Positions 30,645 to 41,058 of a stretch of DNA of 64,000 bases are shown in pieces. Both the position numbers and the translations under genes were made by a program. The notes below the pieces were generated by a model, which saw only the letters and a list, made by a program, of their open reading frames with translations, searched no databases and was not told the DNA's origin. This DNA is from Promethearchaeota archaeon (GTDB lineage Archaea; Asgardarchaeota; Lokiarchaeia; Sigyniarchaeales; SOKP01). The DNA lies in NCBI GenBank assembly GCA_019058365.1, contig JAHPZE010000002.1, forward strand, positions 64,001 through 128,000. Direction: 5' to 3'. Within the stretch, counting starts at the first letter, position 1; each line of letters opens with the position of its first letter.

Positions 30645-31700
30645 CTATTTCAAAAATTTGTATTTTTCAGCTTTATACATTCGATAGAAGTCTTCAATTG
30701 TAGTTAATACTATTACCACAATAATCACACCAGCAATTCCTCTGAAAATATCGTAAAATTCTGGAGCAAGTCCAATATTTGTAAGAATGTCTCCGGGTTC
30801 ATTAACAACTAATATTGGAAATATTTCTGGTCGAATCATCATCAAACTGACTACCGATATTGATGCCAGTTTTACGCCTATTGTTATACCATGTATAATC
30901 TGATGAGCAAAATATTGTCTATTTCCTATCAATCCTCTACTTAAATCTAAAATCCCCTCAACTAAAATGAATAAACCAGCGAATTGCAGGTATAGTAGAA
31001 ATTCTGGCTCAATTAAGCTTGTTATAGCTGGAATTGGTAATACTATAAAAAAAACCCCTACCATAATTGCGATTGCCCCACCAATGATAACTCCAACAGG
31101 TTTAATATAAGATTTTACTGGTCTTTTCTTTATTTCTGAAATCGGAATTCCTTGTTCACGTGCTAACTCAAGCTGTTGTTTTTCTTTTATTCGTATTTTC
31201 TTAGATTTAAAATCTTCAGGAAAATAACCTTCCATAGATAATGCTACAAAAATTATCGTAATTATTGCAAAGGTTGAAAGGCAGCCAATTTGTATTCCCT
31301 GAATTATATTTCCGAATAATTGACCGATATCCACATTCCCAAAAATTAAATCTACAACTTGTGCGACAAGTGTAATTCCAATTACTACAAAAAATACAAT
31401 TCCTAACACCCTTAGATAATATGGCCACAATTCCTTAGTAATATAAACTTTTGGGGTTCCTCGTCCTTTATATTCCTTAGCAATGCTTTGTGGACTCCCC
31501 ATATGAGAAATTGCCATTTGGACAGTTTCTATTGTAGGTTGATCAGTTTTGGATAACTCTTCTGCCTTACTCCAAATATGTTCTTCAAGCTCAGCCAAAA
31601 TTTCCTTATTTTCCTTTTTATCTTTAAGCCATTCGGGTAGCTTTGATTTGACTCCCTTTAAATATTCTTTTATTAAATTTGCCATTTCTTTTTCACTCAT
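30645..31700 (-). CDS. HAAS/permease-prefix domain membrane protein (PadR partner)
   Basis: IKEYLKGVKSKLP...EILAELEEHI...AISHMGSPQSIAKEY followed by about 6 TM. Confidence 0.78.
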   Translation of the reverse strand: MSEKEMANLIKEYLKGVKSKLPEWLKDKKENKEILAELEEHIWSKAEELSKTDQPTIETVQMAISHMGSPQSIAKEYKGRGTPKVYITKELWPYYLRVLGIVFFVVIGITLVAQVVDLIFGNVDIGQLFGNIIQGIQIGCLSTFAIITIIFVALSMEGYFPEDFKSKKIRIKEKQQLELAREQGIPISEIKKRPVKSYIKPVGVIIGGAIAIMVGVFFIVLPIPAITSLIEPEFLLYLQFAGLFILVEGILDLSRGLIGNRQYFAHQIIHGITIGVKLASISVVSLMMIRPEIFPILVVNEPGDILTNIGLAPEFYDIFRGIAGVIIVVIVLTTIEDFYRMYKAEKYKFLK

Positions 31701-32235
31701 TTCTTAAACCTCTTTCTTTTAATTCTTTTTCTATATTATTTCCACAAACATCACAAAACCGGACTTCTAAATTTGAAAGTTCAATTTTATTGGCACACAT
31801 AGGACAAAATAAATATTTCTCTGATTTTAAATTCACACTTACATCAAAGAGTGGTGCTATAGCTTCAGTTAATTTACTATAAAATCCAGCAAGGTGATTA
31901 AAAATTTTTTTTCCATAATCAGTAACTCTATAAAACTTTCTCTTTCTTCCAGAGTCTTCTCTTTCAGATTTTATAATATTATCAACCTCTAACTTTCTTA
32001 ATATGGGATATAGTGTTCCTTCTTCTATAACTAACATTTCATTTGTTTGATCTGTTAAATCTTTTAGAATTTTATACCCATGCGAACCTTCTTCACCTGC
32101 TTGAATAATTATAGATAATATACAAAGTGAACTTATTCCCCTATTAATCTCAGTTTCTTGTTTTTCAACATAATCTCTGAATTCCTGTGAAGCAATTAAA
32201 GCCTTTGAATCTAATTCTCTAATACGTTTTATCAC
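31693..32235 (-). CDS. PadR-family transcription regulator with C-terminal zinc ribbon
   Basis: HGYKI, EEGTLYPILRKLE, RKRKFYRVTDYGK; CPMC...CDVCG; GTG start after GGAGCTGA. Confidence 0.9.
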   Translation of the reverse strand: MIKRIRELDSKALIASQEFRDYVEKQETEINRGISSLCILSIIIQAGEEGSHGYKILKDLTDQTNEMLVIEEGTLYPILRKLEVDNIIKSEREDSGRKRKFYRVTDYGKKIFNHLAGFYSKLTEAIAPLFDVSVNLKSEKYLFCPMCANKIELSNLEVRFCDVCGNNIEKELKERGLRNE

Positions 32236-32279
32236 TATTTTCAGCTCCTTTTTTTGTTTTTACTTATATTTTTTAATAA

Positions 32280-32321
32280 ATATAGTATTCTATGAATACT
32301 ATATAACATATAGTATTTAAA
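32280..32321. promoter_or_regulatory. Putative PadR operator: three alternating ATATAGTATT half-sites overlapping a TTTAAATA box
   Basis: ATATAGTATTC-tat-GAATACTATAT (perfect 11-bp IR, 32280-32304) and AATACTATAT-aac-ATATAGTATT (perfect 10-bp IR, 32295-32317). Confidence 0.7.
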
Positions 32322-32423
32322 TTTTACTATTCTTTTCAAAATAAAAAATTTTAAAACTTTAAATTTTCACGAATTTTTACTAATTAAAACCCAAATTTTT
32401 AGAAATAAACCTTAAATCTAAAT

Positions 32424-33956
32424 ATGCATCAAAAAAATTCACCTATTATCATTGGAGCCGCTCAAATTACTCAACAAAAAGATGTAGATATACCACTTGA
32501 TCCACTTAATTTAGTTGCTGAAGCTTGTAAAAATGCCCTTACAATATCAGAAGCAGATAATTTGAAAGACATAATTGACACTATATATATGTCTACTATC
32601 TCTAGTTGGATTTATGAGGATGCTCCAGGGAAACTAAGTCAATTCCTTGGAATAAAACCGGTTCAATATTATACCGCTCCTATTAGTGGAAATACACCTC
32701 AATTATTAGTTAATAAGGCTGCTAAAGCTATTTCTTTAGGTGAAAGTAAAGCTATACTTATTACTGGAGGAGAGGCATCTTATTCTAGATATCGTGCTAA
32801 AAAAGGTGAAATCACATTAAATTGGCCAGATTTACCTGCAGGAGCAGCAAATAAAGCTCGAAAAGCTATCATTTTCTATTTAAGCGAGTTTGAAAATAGC
32901 TATAAACTTTCCAATCCCACATATATCTACGCTTTACTCGAAACCGCCCTAAGATCTACGTCTGGTAGAAGTATAAAAGAGCATTTAGATCATATCGGTA
33001 AGCGATATGAAAGATTTTCCAAAATTGCTTCTCAAAATCCTTATGCTTGGTTACAAAATCATTTTAATGTAGAAGAAATAATTACTCCTAGCTTTGATAA
33101 TCGTATAATTTGTCATCCATATACAAAACGCATGGTTGCCAACCTTTATGTGGATCAAGCAGCTGCATTAATTATGACAAATGAAAACCTTGCACAAAGT
33201 CTTGGCATTGAGAGAAAATTCTGGGTTTATCCAATGGGAGGTGTAGATCTACATAATATTTTTTATATATCTCAACGTCCTCAGCTGGATGATTCACCAG
33301 CAATAAGAGAAGCATCACGACTTGCGTTAAAACAAGCAGGTCTAAAATTAAATGACATAGATGTTTTTGATCTCTATAGTTGTTTTCCTTGTATGGTTGA
33401 AATTGCTAGACAAGAAATTGGAATTCCTTACGATGATAAACGTGATTTAACAATTACTGGAGGTCTTTCTTTTTTTGGTGGACCTTTCAGTAGTTATTCA
33501 ATGCATCCAATTGTTTCTGCTGTTGATTTGATTCAAAAAAATCCAAAGATGAAAATAATGATATTAGCAAATGGAGGATATAATACATCAGAATCGGTTG
33601 GGATATATGGAAATAAACCTCCTGCTATAGATTGGAAAAAAAATGAATATGATGATATACAACAAAAAATTAATTCGAAAGCCCTGCCAGAACCAGTCAA
33701 AAAAGCGAATGGAGATATTACGATAGAGGCATATACAATAATATATAATAGAAAAGGCTTACCAGAAATAGGTGTCGCAATGGGACAGTTAGAGAGTGGA
33801 GAACGTACTTTTGCTGTTATTTCATCAGACTCAAAAACTATTTTAAATTTAGAGAAAGAAGAACTTGTAGGAAAAACTTTTTTGGTTAAATATAACAATG
33901 AAACAAAACAAAATAGCCTAATAATTGAGTCTAAAGTGCGTTTAATTAATCATTAA
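32424..33956 (+). CDS. Thiolase-like (acetyl-CoA acetyltransferase family) protein with C-terminal OB-like domain
   Basis: GNTPQ, GGEA, PYTKRM, VDQAAA, DLYSCFP, TGGLSFFGGP, IEAYTIIY. Confidence 0.8.
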   Translation: MHQKNSPIIIGAAQITQQKDVDIPLDPLNLVAEACKNALTISEADNLKDIIDTIYMSTISSWIYEDAPGKLSQFLGIKPVQYYTAPISGNTPQLLVNKAAKAISLGESKAILITGGEASYSRYRAKKGEITLNWPDLPAGAANKARKAIIFYLSEFENSYKLSNPTYIYALLETALRSTSGRSIKEHLDHIGKRYERFSKIASQNPYAWLQNHFNVEEIITPSFDNRIICHPYTKRMVANLYVDQAAALIMTNENLAQSLGIERKFWVYPMGGVDLHNIFYISQRPQLDDSPAIREASRLALKQAGLKLNDIDVFDLYSCFPCMVEIARQEIGIPYDDKRDLTITGGLSFFGGPFSSYSMHPIVSAVDLIQKNPKMKIMILANGGYNTSESVGIYGNKPPAIDWKKNEYDDIQQKINSKALPEPVKKANGDITIEAYTIIYNRKGLPEIGVAMGQLESGERTFAVISSDSKTILNLEKEELVGKTFLVKYNNETKQNSLIIESKVRLINH

Positions 33957-34193
33957 TATGAAAAACTTACTTCTGATTTATTACATAATTTAAAGTATTT
34001 CTTCTTAGTATACAAATTTTTCATAATTTTGATATAGAAATTTTTTAGATTAATGAGATCAAAAAAATTAAATAGTGGTAATTTGATTTTATATTTAAGG
34101 AGACGGGTTAAGAATAGATTGATTTCAGTTTCCGGGTAGAATAAATTTTAAATCTACAAAATATTAATAATATAATAAGAAGGGTGTTAAAAT

Positions 34194-34973
34194 ATGGGTC
34201 ATAAAAGTTTATCTAAGGAATTTATAGATCCCATTATCATAAAAATGAAGAAAAATAGTAAATACATATATGATTTACTTACTAAACCTAAAATTGTTAA
34301 GATTTCAATTTATGTTAGTCTGATTACATTTTTACCAGGATTAATTACTGGATTAATCGTTGCAATCAATTTTGGTTCTCTTAAATATAGTCTTTGGTAT
34401 AATTGGATAAGTGATTTAGGATCTCTCAAATATACCCCGGCTCCCTTTATTTTAAATATGACATGTATACTAAGTGCAATATTTATTATTCCCTTAATCT
34501 TGAATTTAAGTCGATTGTACAGTTCTCATCAAAATTATAAATTAGACAACTCAAAGAAAGAATATTATACAATCTTATTTAGAAGAATATTTGGTTATAC
34601 AGGAGTAGTTTGTCTTCTTGTTGGTGTTATTGGTATGTTTTTTGTAGGGGTATTTAGCTTAGATCGATCTCCGTTTGATTTACATTTTTATTTCTCTACA
34701 TCAGCATTTGGTGGATTTGCTTTCGGTGCATTTTTTACGGGATTAGCAATAGTATTAAGGAAAAGAATATTCCCGAAAGTCGTAGGGTATTTTATGATAC
34801 TTGGTCCATCATCAGCCTGTATATTATATCTGTTCGCGCCAGCACCGTTAACAAGACAGTTTCTTGAGTGGATACTCATGTTTAGTTCACTTGCATGGTA
34901 TTATGTCGTTGTTTTCATTACTTTACAAAAGTTAAATTCAATTCTTTTTTTCCAACCTGATTTCAAGTGGTAA
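34194..34973 (+). CDS. DUF998-like membrane protein
   Basis: NWISDLG, VGVFS....LH, QFLEW pattern; about 6 TM. Confidence 0.7.
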   Translation: MGHKSLSKEFIDPIIIKMKKNSKYIYDLLTKPKIVKISIYVSLITFLPGLITGLIVAINFGSLKYSLWYNWISDLGSLKYTPAPFILNMTCILSAIFIIPLILNLSRLYSSHQNYKLDNSKKEYYTILFRRIFGYTGVVCLLVGVIGMFFVGVFSLDRSPFDLHFYFSTSAFGGFAFGAFFTGLAIVLRKRIFPKVVGYFMILGPSSACILYLFAPAPLTRQFLEWILMFSSLAWYYVVVFITLQKLNSILFFQPDFKW

Positions 34974-35133
34974 GAGGTTTATGATCTGGTGTTTTATATG
35001 CCATCAGATTATTTGCTACATTTAAAATTGTTGAATTAAAACTGGACTCCATTAGTTTTAATAAAATCCAAAATTTAAGACTATTTAATATCATAATTAA
35101 TAAATATTTTAAATAAAAATTGGATGAAGTAAA

Positions 35134-36423
35134 ATGAACTATTCTGAACATGAAATGGTAAATAGTTATCTAACTCAGGTATATAAAAAATTACCAGAAT
35201 GGTTGAAAATGAAAAAAGAAGAAGCAGATAAAATTTTAAAAGATTTAGAAAGTCAAATTCTAGAAGAAGCAAGAAATATCGCTGGTGGAAATAATCCCTC
35301 TGATTTTGATATACAGCAAGCACTTTTACAAATTGGTACTCCAGAAAGTATTGCTAAAATATACAAACGTCGAGGAACCCCAAAACTATATATAACAGAA
35401 GAGCTTTTTGATTTTTATGTAAAAACAATGCTATTTTTCTTCCTAATTGTCATTGCTATTAATATCATTGTCTCAATTTTTAAGTTTATTTTTCAACCTT
35501 CAAATTGGGTAATAAGCTTAGGAGAAATGTTTTCAGGAATGTGGATTGGTTGTTTAATTACTACTCTTGTAATAACAGTTATATTTTTCTATTTTTCTAT
35601 GGAAGGATTTTTACCCGACGATTTTGGTGTCATTCCCTCTCGATTAGCTTTATTGTTCCCTTTTCATATATCAGAAAAAGGAATACAAGAAACTCGGGAA
35701 TATACAAAAATTAAATTAGAGGAAGCAAAACAAAAAACAAAAGAAACTATCAATGAGGCACGGGTTCGCACAAAAGAAAAATTAGCTGAAATTAAAGCTA
35801 TTACAAAAGAAAAATTAGCAGGAGCCCAATTACGAAGAGAACAGAAGCTATTAGAAGCGAAAATGCGTAGAGAAGGAAAATTAGAAAGAGCTAAACAACG
35901 TCGAGAGGAAAGAAAGGAAGCAGCTAAACTAAAAAGAGAAATAAAAACAAAACAAGTCGTTACAATAGGAGAATTAATTTTTGGCGCAATTGCAGGGTTA
36001 ATCTTTGGATTATTTATTATATTACAACCTTTTGCGGAAATACCGGGACTCTTTCATCCTGAATTTTTGAATTGGTTAAAGATTTTTGGACTTTTAATAG
36101 TAATTAGTGGTCTAATTAACCTCCTTCGATTAATTATCGGAGTTAGAAATTATTCAGGTCAGCAGGTAATGTTGGTACTAGAAGCTCTTTATTCATTAAC
36201 ATATATTCCAATCTTTTTAATTCTTTTAAATAATCCCGAGATCTTTCCAATTTCTCTTTTTTCAGGAGGAACCGTCTCTATAATTCCGTATGATATCGGT
36301 TATTTAGCTTATATTATTTATTTCTGGATAATAATTGGAATAATAATTGCGATTTTAGGGAGTATGATTGGGAATTTTTACAAAGTAAGTAAACTTCAAA
36401 AATTTAAAGCAGATTTTTACTAA
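35134..36423 (+). CDS. HAAS-domain membrane protein paralog with an internal 11-residue repeat helix
   Basis: YLTQVYKKLPEWLK...GTPESIAKIYKRRGTPKLYITEEL and SMEGFLPDDF match the 30645-31700 protein. Confidence 0.78.
   Translation: MNYSEHEMVNSYLTQVYKKLPEWLKMKKEEADKILKDLESQILEEARNIAGGNNPSDFDIQQALLQIGTPESIAKIYKRRGTPKLYITEELFDFYVKTMLFFFLIVIAINIIVSIFKFIFQPSNWVISLGEMFSGMWIGCLITTLVITVIFFYFSMEGFLPDDFGVIPSRLALLFPFHISEKGIQETREYTKIKLEEAKQKTKETINEARVRTKEKLAEIKAITKEKLAGAQLRREQKLLEAKMRREGKLERAKQRREERKEAAKLKREIKTKQVVTIGELIFGAIAGLIFGLFIILQPFAEIPGLFHPEFLNWLKIFGLLIVISGLINLLRLIIGVRNYSGQQVMLVLEALYSLTYIPIFLILLNNPEIFPISLFSGGTVSIIPYDIGYLAYIIYFWIIIGIIIAILGSMIGNFYKVSKLQKFKADFY
35704..35934 (+). repeat. Seven degenerate 11-aa (33-nt) repeats inside the CDS
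   Basis: TKIKLEEAKQK/TKETINEARVR/TKEKLAEIKAI/TKEKLAGAQLR/REQKLLEAKMR/REGKLERAKQR/REERKEAAKLK. Confidence 0.75.
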
Positions 36424-36510
36424 TAGTTTTCAATAATAACAAAACTTTTTTTTCCTTTTAATAAAACATCACAATTGAAAATCAAAATAGATTTTAGATA
36501 ATTTTTTAGA

Positions 36511-36621
36511 TTATGGTCCGGCTAAGAAAACTTGCTCACCAAGAAAAATCGCAGCAAAAACTATAATAATAACAATTACAATAACAACTACTCCAATAAT
36601 AATTAAATTCTTTTTTTCCAT
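36511..36621 (-). CDS. Small single-pass membrane peptide (36 aa), not in the ORF track
   Basis: MEKKNLIIIGVVVIVIVIIIVFAAIFLGEQVFLAGP*; basic N-terminus plus hydrophobic helix. Confidence 0.55.
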   Translation of the reverse strand: MEKKNLIIIGVVVIVIVIIIVFAAIFLGEQVFLAGP

Positions 36622-36801
36622 AATATTATCTGTTATTTCTTAAATCTATAAGATTTCTTACAATATTGTGAATTAATATTCTTCTTTGTTTTTATAGCTA
36701 TATTATTATTTTATTTATTTTTTTTATGATTTAAAATTGTTAAATTATAAATATTGGTTTCATTTTGTACAATATTAACCTCGATAACTTAAGAATTAAT
36801 C

Positions 36802-37626
36802 ATGGAATTACCAAAAATACTGAAAGAAAAATTAAATAGTATTATTTCTTTTTTAAAAGGAAAAAAGGTAATAGTTGCTTTTTCTGGAGGCGTTGACAGT
36901 TCACTTCTAGCGTTTCTTTCTAAAAAATACGCTAAGGACATAATTCTTATAACTGAAAGATCTGTTCTTTATCCTGAAGAAGAAATTGATGAAGCTATAA
37001 AATTTGCTAAAAAATGTGGCATAAATCACATGATTATTGAAAGAGATCCCTTGAAAAATGAAATATTTCAATGTAATCCTTCAAATCGATGTTATATTTG
37101 CAAAACTGGATTATATAATGAAATAATTCAAATAAAAAACACAAAAAGCTTTGATGTAATATTAGATGGTTCAAATATTGATGATCTTTCGGATTACAGG
37201 CCTGGAATGCAAGCCCTAGAAGAATTAAAAATATCTACTCCATATATTGATTTCAATATTAATAAGAACGAAATAAGGGAGTTAAGCAAATTTTATGATT
37301 TGGAAGTTCAATCTAAACCATCAATGGCATGTTTCTCCTCTCGAATTCCATATGGGCAAACTATCAATGAAGAAAAACTTATAATGATAAGAGAAGCGGA
37401 GAGGTTCCTTAAAAATACATTCAACTTAAAGCAATTGAGAGTCAGATTACATGAAAATAATTTAGGACGAATTGAATTTTTACAAAGTGATCTCCCAAAA
37501 GTTTTAACTGAACAAAATATGAAAACTATTAGAGAAAAATTAAGAAATCTTGGATTTATTTATGTTACAGTAGATCTAGCAGGATTTCGCTCGGGTTCTA
37601 TGAATGAAGCTCTTAATTTAGATTAA
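36802..37626 (+). CDS. larE: LarE-type PP-loop ATP-dependent sulfur transferase (TIGR00268)
   Basis: AFSGGVDS, RCYICK, DGSNIDD..DYRPG, KPSMACFSSRIPYG, GFRSGSMN. Confidence 0.9.
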   Translation: MELPKILKEKLNSIISFLKGKKVIVAFSGGVDSSLLAFLSKKYAKDIILITERSVLYPEEEIDEAIKFAKKCGINHMIIERDPLKNEIFQCNPSNRCYICKTGLYNEIIQIKNTKSFDVILDGSNIDDLSDYRPGMQALEELKISTPYIDFNINKNEIRELSKFYDLEVQSKPSMACFSSRIPYGQTINEEKLIMIREAERFLKNTFNLKQLRVRLHENNLGRIEFLQSDLPKVLTEQNMKTIREKLRNLGFIYVTVDLAGFRSGSMNEALNLD

Positions 37627-37953
37627 TTGCGGAATAAATTTTGATTTTGGTAAACTTTTTATTTTTATTTAATGTTTAGATTCTGGGCTTTTTTTCAAAA
37701 ATCGTCGATAAGATAATTTACAACCAATTGAGTAAGATTTAACTCATTTTAATAATGTTGGGGTCATAATTAACAATTAAATATTAATAAAAAAAAGTTA
37801 ATAATTAGAACATTAGCAAATAATCAAAAAGATAAATTTAAATTTAGTTTCCATTTATTCAATTTAATTAATTAACTGTCAGAAATAGTAAATTCTGGCT
37901 TTAATTATTGATTAGATCTTTATAAGAATTATTTTTTATGATAGGTATTCATT

Positions 37954-39369
37954 ATGATATCGACAATTATTGCTCCAATGATGCTTATTTTAATTATAAT
38001 TTTAATTACAGTGGGAAAAATAAACCGCTTGATGGCAGGTTTTATAGGTGCAATAATTTTGTCTTTTTTTTTACTTTATATAGATAAGGTTGATATAACG
38101 ACCGTAGTAGGATTTATAATTGGTGTGGACAATTCTAATCTTCATACTGTCTTATTTATTTTTGGCATGATGATAATTATTACGGTTTGTAAAAAAAGTG
38201 GAGTATTCATTTATATTGCATTCAGATTGGTACAATTTTCGAAAGGTAATAGTCGCTATATCCTTGTAATTTTATGCGGTTTCACATTTGTATTTTCTTC
38301 TATATCGATGAATATCTTATGTATCTTCTTAATTATTCCACTTACTATTACAATTTGTAAAATATTAAAAATTAATCCACTTCCATTTATTCTTTCAGAG
38401 GGGATGGTTGTAAATACGGGTGGCCTCTTATTTGTTATTAGCTCAATTCCTAACATATTAATAAGTCATTCAATAAATTGGACGTTTCCAGAATACTTTC
38501 TAGATGTTGGATTTTTTTCTATATTCCTATTTTTCATCAGTGTTATCTTTTTAATTAAATATAACGAAGATAAATTAGAAACCCCTGAAATTAATTACAT
38601 AAAACGATTATTAGATTATGATCCTTGGATGTTTGTAGAATCGAAAAGCAATTTTTATAAGTCTTTAGTAATGCTTATAATAACCATAATTTCTGTAATA
38701 ATTATACCCCTATTTAGTATTATATCCATTGATATACTTTCTTTAACAGGAGGGATAATCACAATCCTAATAATTTTAAATAAGGAATTTGAATCCGTGT
38801 GGAAAGACTTAGATCTTGAATTAATCTTCTATCTATTTTGTATTTTATTTATATCTGAAGCCATAGAATTTACTGGAATATTAAATTTTGTGTCATATGG
38901 AATAGATTATATAACTGGAGGTAATATTATTAGTATTACATTAGTTCTTTTATGGTTATCAGGAATACTTAGTTCTGTCATTCATAATGCTCCTATTACG
39001 AAGATTTTTATACCGATTGTTAATAATATATCCACGTTAAGAGATCAACGAACACTGTTTTCTGCTGTGTCGATAGGAACAACATTAGGAGAAAATTTGT
39101 CAACTATGGGAGATAATTTAGTTTTAATCTTATTGGTTAGATCTTATGGATATGAATTAAAGTTTTCTACTTTTATGAAATTAGGAATTAAACTTACTAT
39201 GATTAACTTGATCTCTTCAAGTATTTTTTTAGTTATGAAAGTGCAAGTTCAATTTTTCTTTATAGGCATTATTATTTTAATAGGAATAGTTTTTCTTTTA
39301 TACTTTTATCCTAGTATAATAAATCTTATTCAAACCAAATTGAATTTTTTAAATAAGAGAAAGACTTGA
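37954..39369 (+). CDS. ArsB/NhaD/SLC13 (IT superfamily) transporter
   Basis: IFGMMII, NTGG....SSIPNILI, SSVIHNAP, LGENLSTMG; about 12 TM. Confidence 0.8.
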   Translation: MISTIIAPMMLILIIILITVGKINRLMAGFIGAIILSFFLLYIDKVDITTVVGFIIGVDNSNLHTVLFIFGMMIIITVCKKSGVFIYIAFRLVQFSKGNSRYILVILCGFTFVFSSISMNILCIFLIIPLTITICKILKINPLPFILSEGMVVNTGGLLFVISSIPNILISHSINWTFPEYFLDVGFFSIFLFFISVIFLIKYNEDKLETPEINYIKRLLDYDPWMFVESKSNFYKSLVMLIITIISVIIIPLFSIISIDILSLTGGIITILIILNKEFESVWKDLDLELIFYLFCILFISEAIEFTGILNFVSYGIDYITGGNIISITLVLLWLSGILSSVIHNAPITKIFIPIVNNISTLRDQRTLFSAVSIGTTLGENLSTMGDNLVLILLVRSYGYELKFSTFMKLGIKLTMINLISSSIFLVMKVQVQFFFIGIIILIGIVFLLYFYPSIINLIQTKLNFLNKRKT

Positions 39370-39485
39370 TTGAAGTTCTTGAAATTTTTTTTAAATTAAA
39401 GAAATATTTGAGAACTAATGTTTTAATTTAAAAGTGTGTATGAGATGTGATGGTAATAGGAAAGCTTTGTTTTCCATTATATAGA

Positions 39486-39504
39486 ATAGTAGATTATCTA
39501 CTAT
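39486..39504. repeat. Perfect 9-bp inverted repeat ATAGTAGAT-T-ATCTACTAT between convergent genes
   Basis: Read directly from the sequence; role unknown. Confidence 0.4.
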
Positions 39505-39553
39505 ATATTAGCTCAACTAAAATTCATTAATCTAAATTAATTTTGATTAATTA

Positions 39554-40951
39554 TTAGTTTTGGTATTGTATTCTGATATATTCTATAATTTTATTTCGTT
39601 TCATTATTGCACTTGAAGCCGCAACTTGTATTTTATTCTCCATCTCTTCCTTAGATTCTGGCATTTCTTCTCCAATTTCTTGTTTAATTTTAGTGTAAGC
39701 TGATTCCCGAAATCGAGGTAAAATATTTTCTTGATTATCTTCTGTAAAGATCATTTTAACTTGATTCGAATCATCAACATAACCAATCTCCGAACAATTT
39801 ATACCATTTTCTCTCAAATCTGAAATTATTTTATTAGAGACATGTTCAGAACAATAAATTAGCAGTGCGTCCAAAGAAACTCCTAAATAATCAACATTCA
39901 CTTTTTTAAGCAATTCAAGAACAATAGGATTTACAAGTTTTCTTACTTCTTGTTCATAAATTGTTACTCCACATTTGGCTTCATAATTAATCTCATAGAG
40001 ATCTCCTCTGAGCCCTCCGTTCGTCACATCGCACATTGCATGAATTTCATTTATGTAATTTGAATTTAAGATTACCTTGCAAGCTTCAAGAAATTTAATA
40101 TTCAAAGTTTCTTTAACAACATGATGGTTTCCTGAATATATTGCGGTTGTTGTTATAGTTCCTCCGCCAGCACCTTCTGTCATTAGTATTTTATCTCCAT
40201 TCCTAATATTTCTCCTTGCTAAAATTCGATTACAAATTCCAACAGCACTAACCCCTCCAACCAAACGGTTTCCAATAACCATATCTCCCCCTATCCGAAG
40301 CGTAGAACCTGCAGTAATTGGAACTTTCGCTAATTCTGAAATTGTGGAAATTCCTGCCATGAAATCAAATAATTTTCCAACATCTGCATCATCTCCTAGG
40401 TGCACATCAATCATTATAGAAATAGGTTTTGCACCTTTAACATATAAATCTCTGAGACACGCTCGAGTTACATGAAAACCGCATATGAAAGGAAAATCGC
40501 TTAATCGAGAATGAATTCCCTCCATTTTCGATACAATGATTAGATCTTTCCCATCTAATTGATCTCCTTGAAGATCACGTAATCGTACAGCTCCTGCATC
40601 ATCTAAAGAGCTAGGTGATAAATAAGCTCTCTTTTCTGTTTCAGATAATTCTGCAATGAGTTTATGAACAAAAAAATCTCCACTTCCTCTACATCCAACA
40701 CCTTGCTTACCAATTGACACATTGGCTCTATTTATATCCAAAATTTCTCTGATAAATGGATTAGATACTCTATTGATATCACTTTTTCTGCATTCTTCTA
40801 AGATAGCTTTAGCATATTTTTTTGCCAAATTATCATCAATTTCTTTGAAATTATGATATTCCTCTACTATTTTTTCAAGAATTTGTTGCTCAGAATATCC
40901 TTTTTTTATTAAATTCCTAGTCAATCCTTCTAAATCGCTCAAATTGCTCAA
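39554..40951 (-). CDS. AIR synthase-related (PurM/HypE/ThiL fold) archaeal protein
   Basis: DLEG, GVGCRGSGDFFVH, DDAG, GIHSRLSDFPF, CDVTNGGLRGD. Confidence 0.82.
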   Translation of the reverse strand: MSNLSDLEGLTRNLIKKGYSEQQILEKIVEEYHNFKEIDDNLAKKYAKAILEECRKSDINRVSNPFIREILDINRANVSIGKQGVGCRGSGDFFVHKLIAELSETEKRAYLSPSSLDDAGAVRLRDLQGDQLDGKDLIIVSKMEGIHSRLSDFPFICGFHVTRACLRDLYVKGAKPISIMIDVHLGDDADVGKLFDFMAGISTISELAKVPITAGSTLRIGGDMVIGNRLVGGVSAVGICNRILARRNIRNGDKILMTEGAGGGTITTTAIYSGNHHVVKETLNIKFLEACKVILNSNYINEIHAMCDVTNGGLRGDLYEINYEAKCGVTIYEQEVRKLVNPIVLELLKKVNVDYLGVSLDALLIYCSEHVSNKIISDLRENGINCSEIGYVDDSNQVKMIFTEDNQENILPRFRESAYTKIKQEIGEEMPESKEEMENKIQVAASSAIMKRNKIIEYIRIQYQN

Positions 40952-41058
40952 ATCCTTCTTAATTACTAAAAACTATGAATAAAAGTTTATAATATATTTA
41001 AATTATTTTGAAAATTCTTATTTATAGTTGAGAGTTCCCTTTTTTAAAAAAGATTAAT

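Noticed and set aside
34098-34140. Slightly GC-rich intergenic patch (GGAGAC...GTTTCC) as a possible small RNA
   Set aside because: Only a 6-bp imperfect stem; no tRNA, C/D box or riboswitch features
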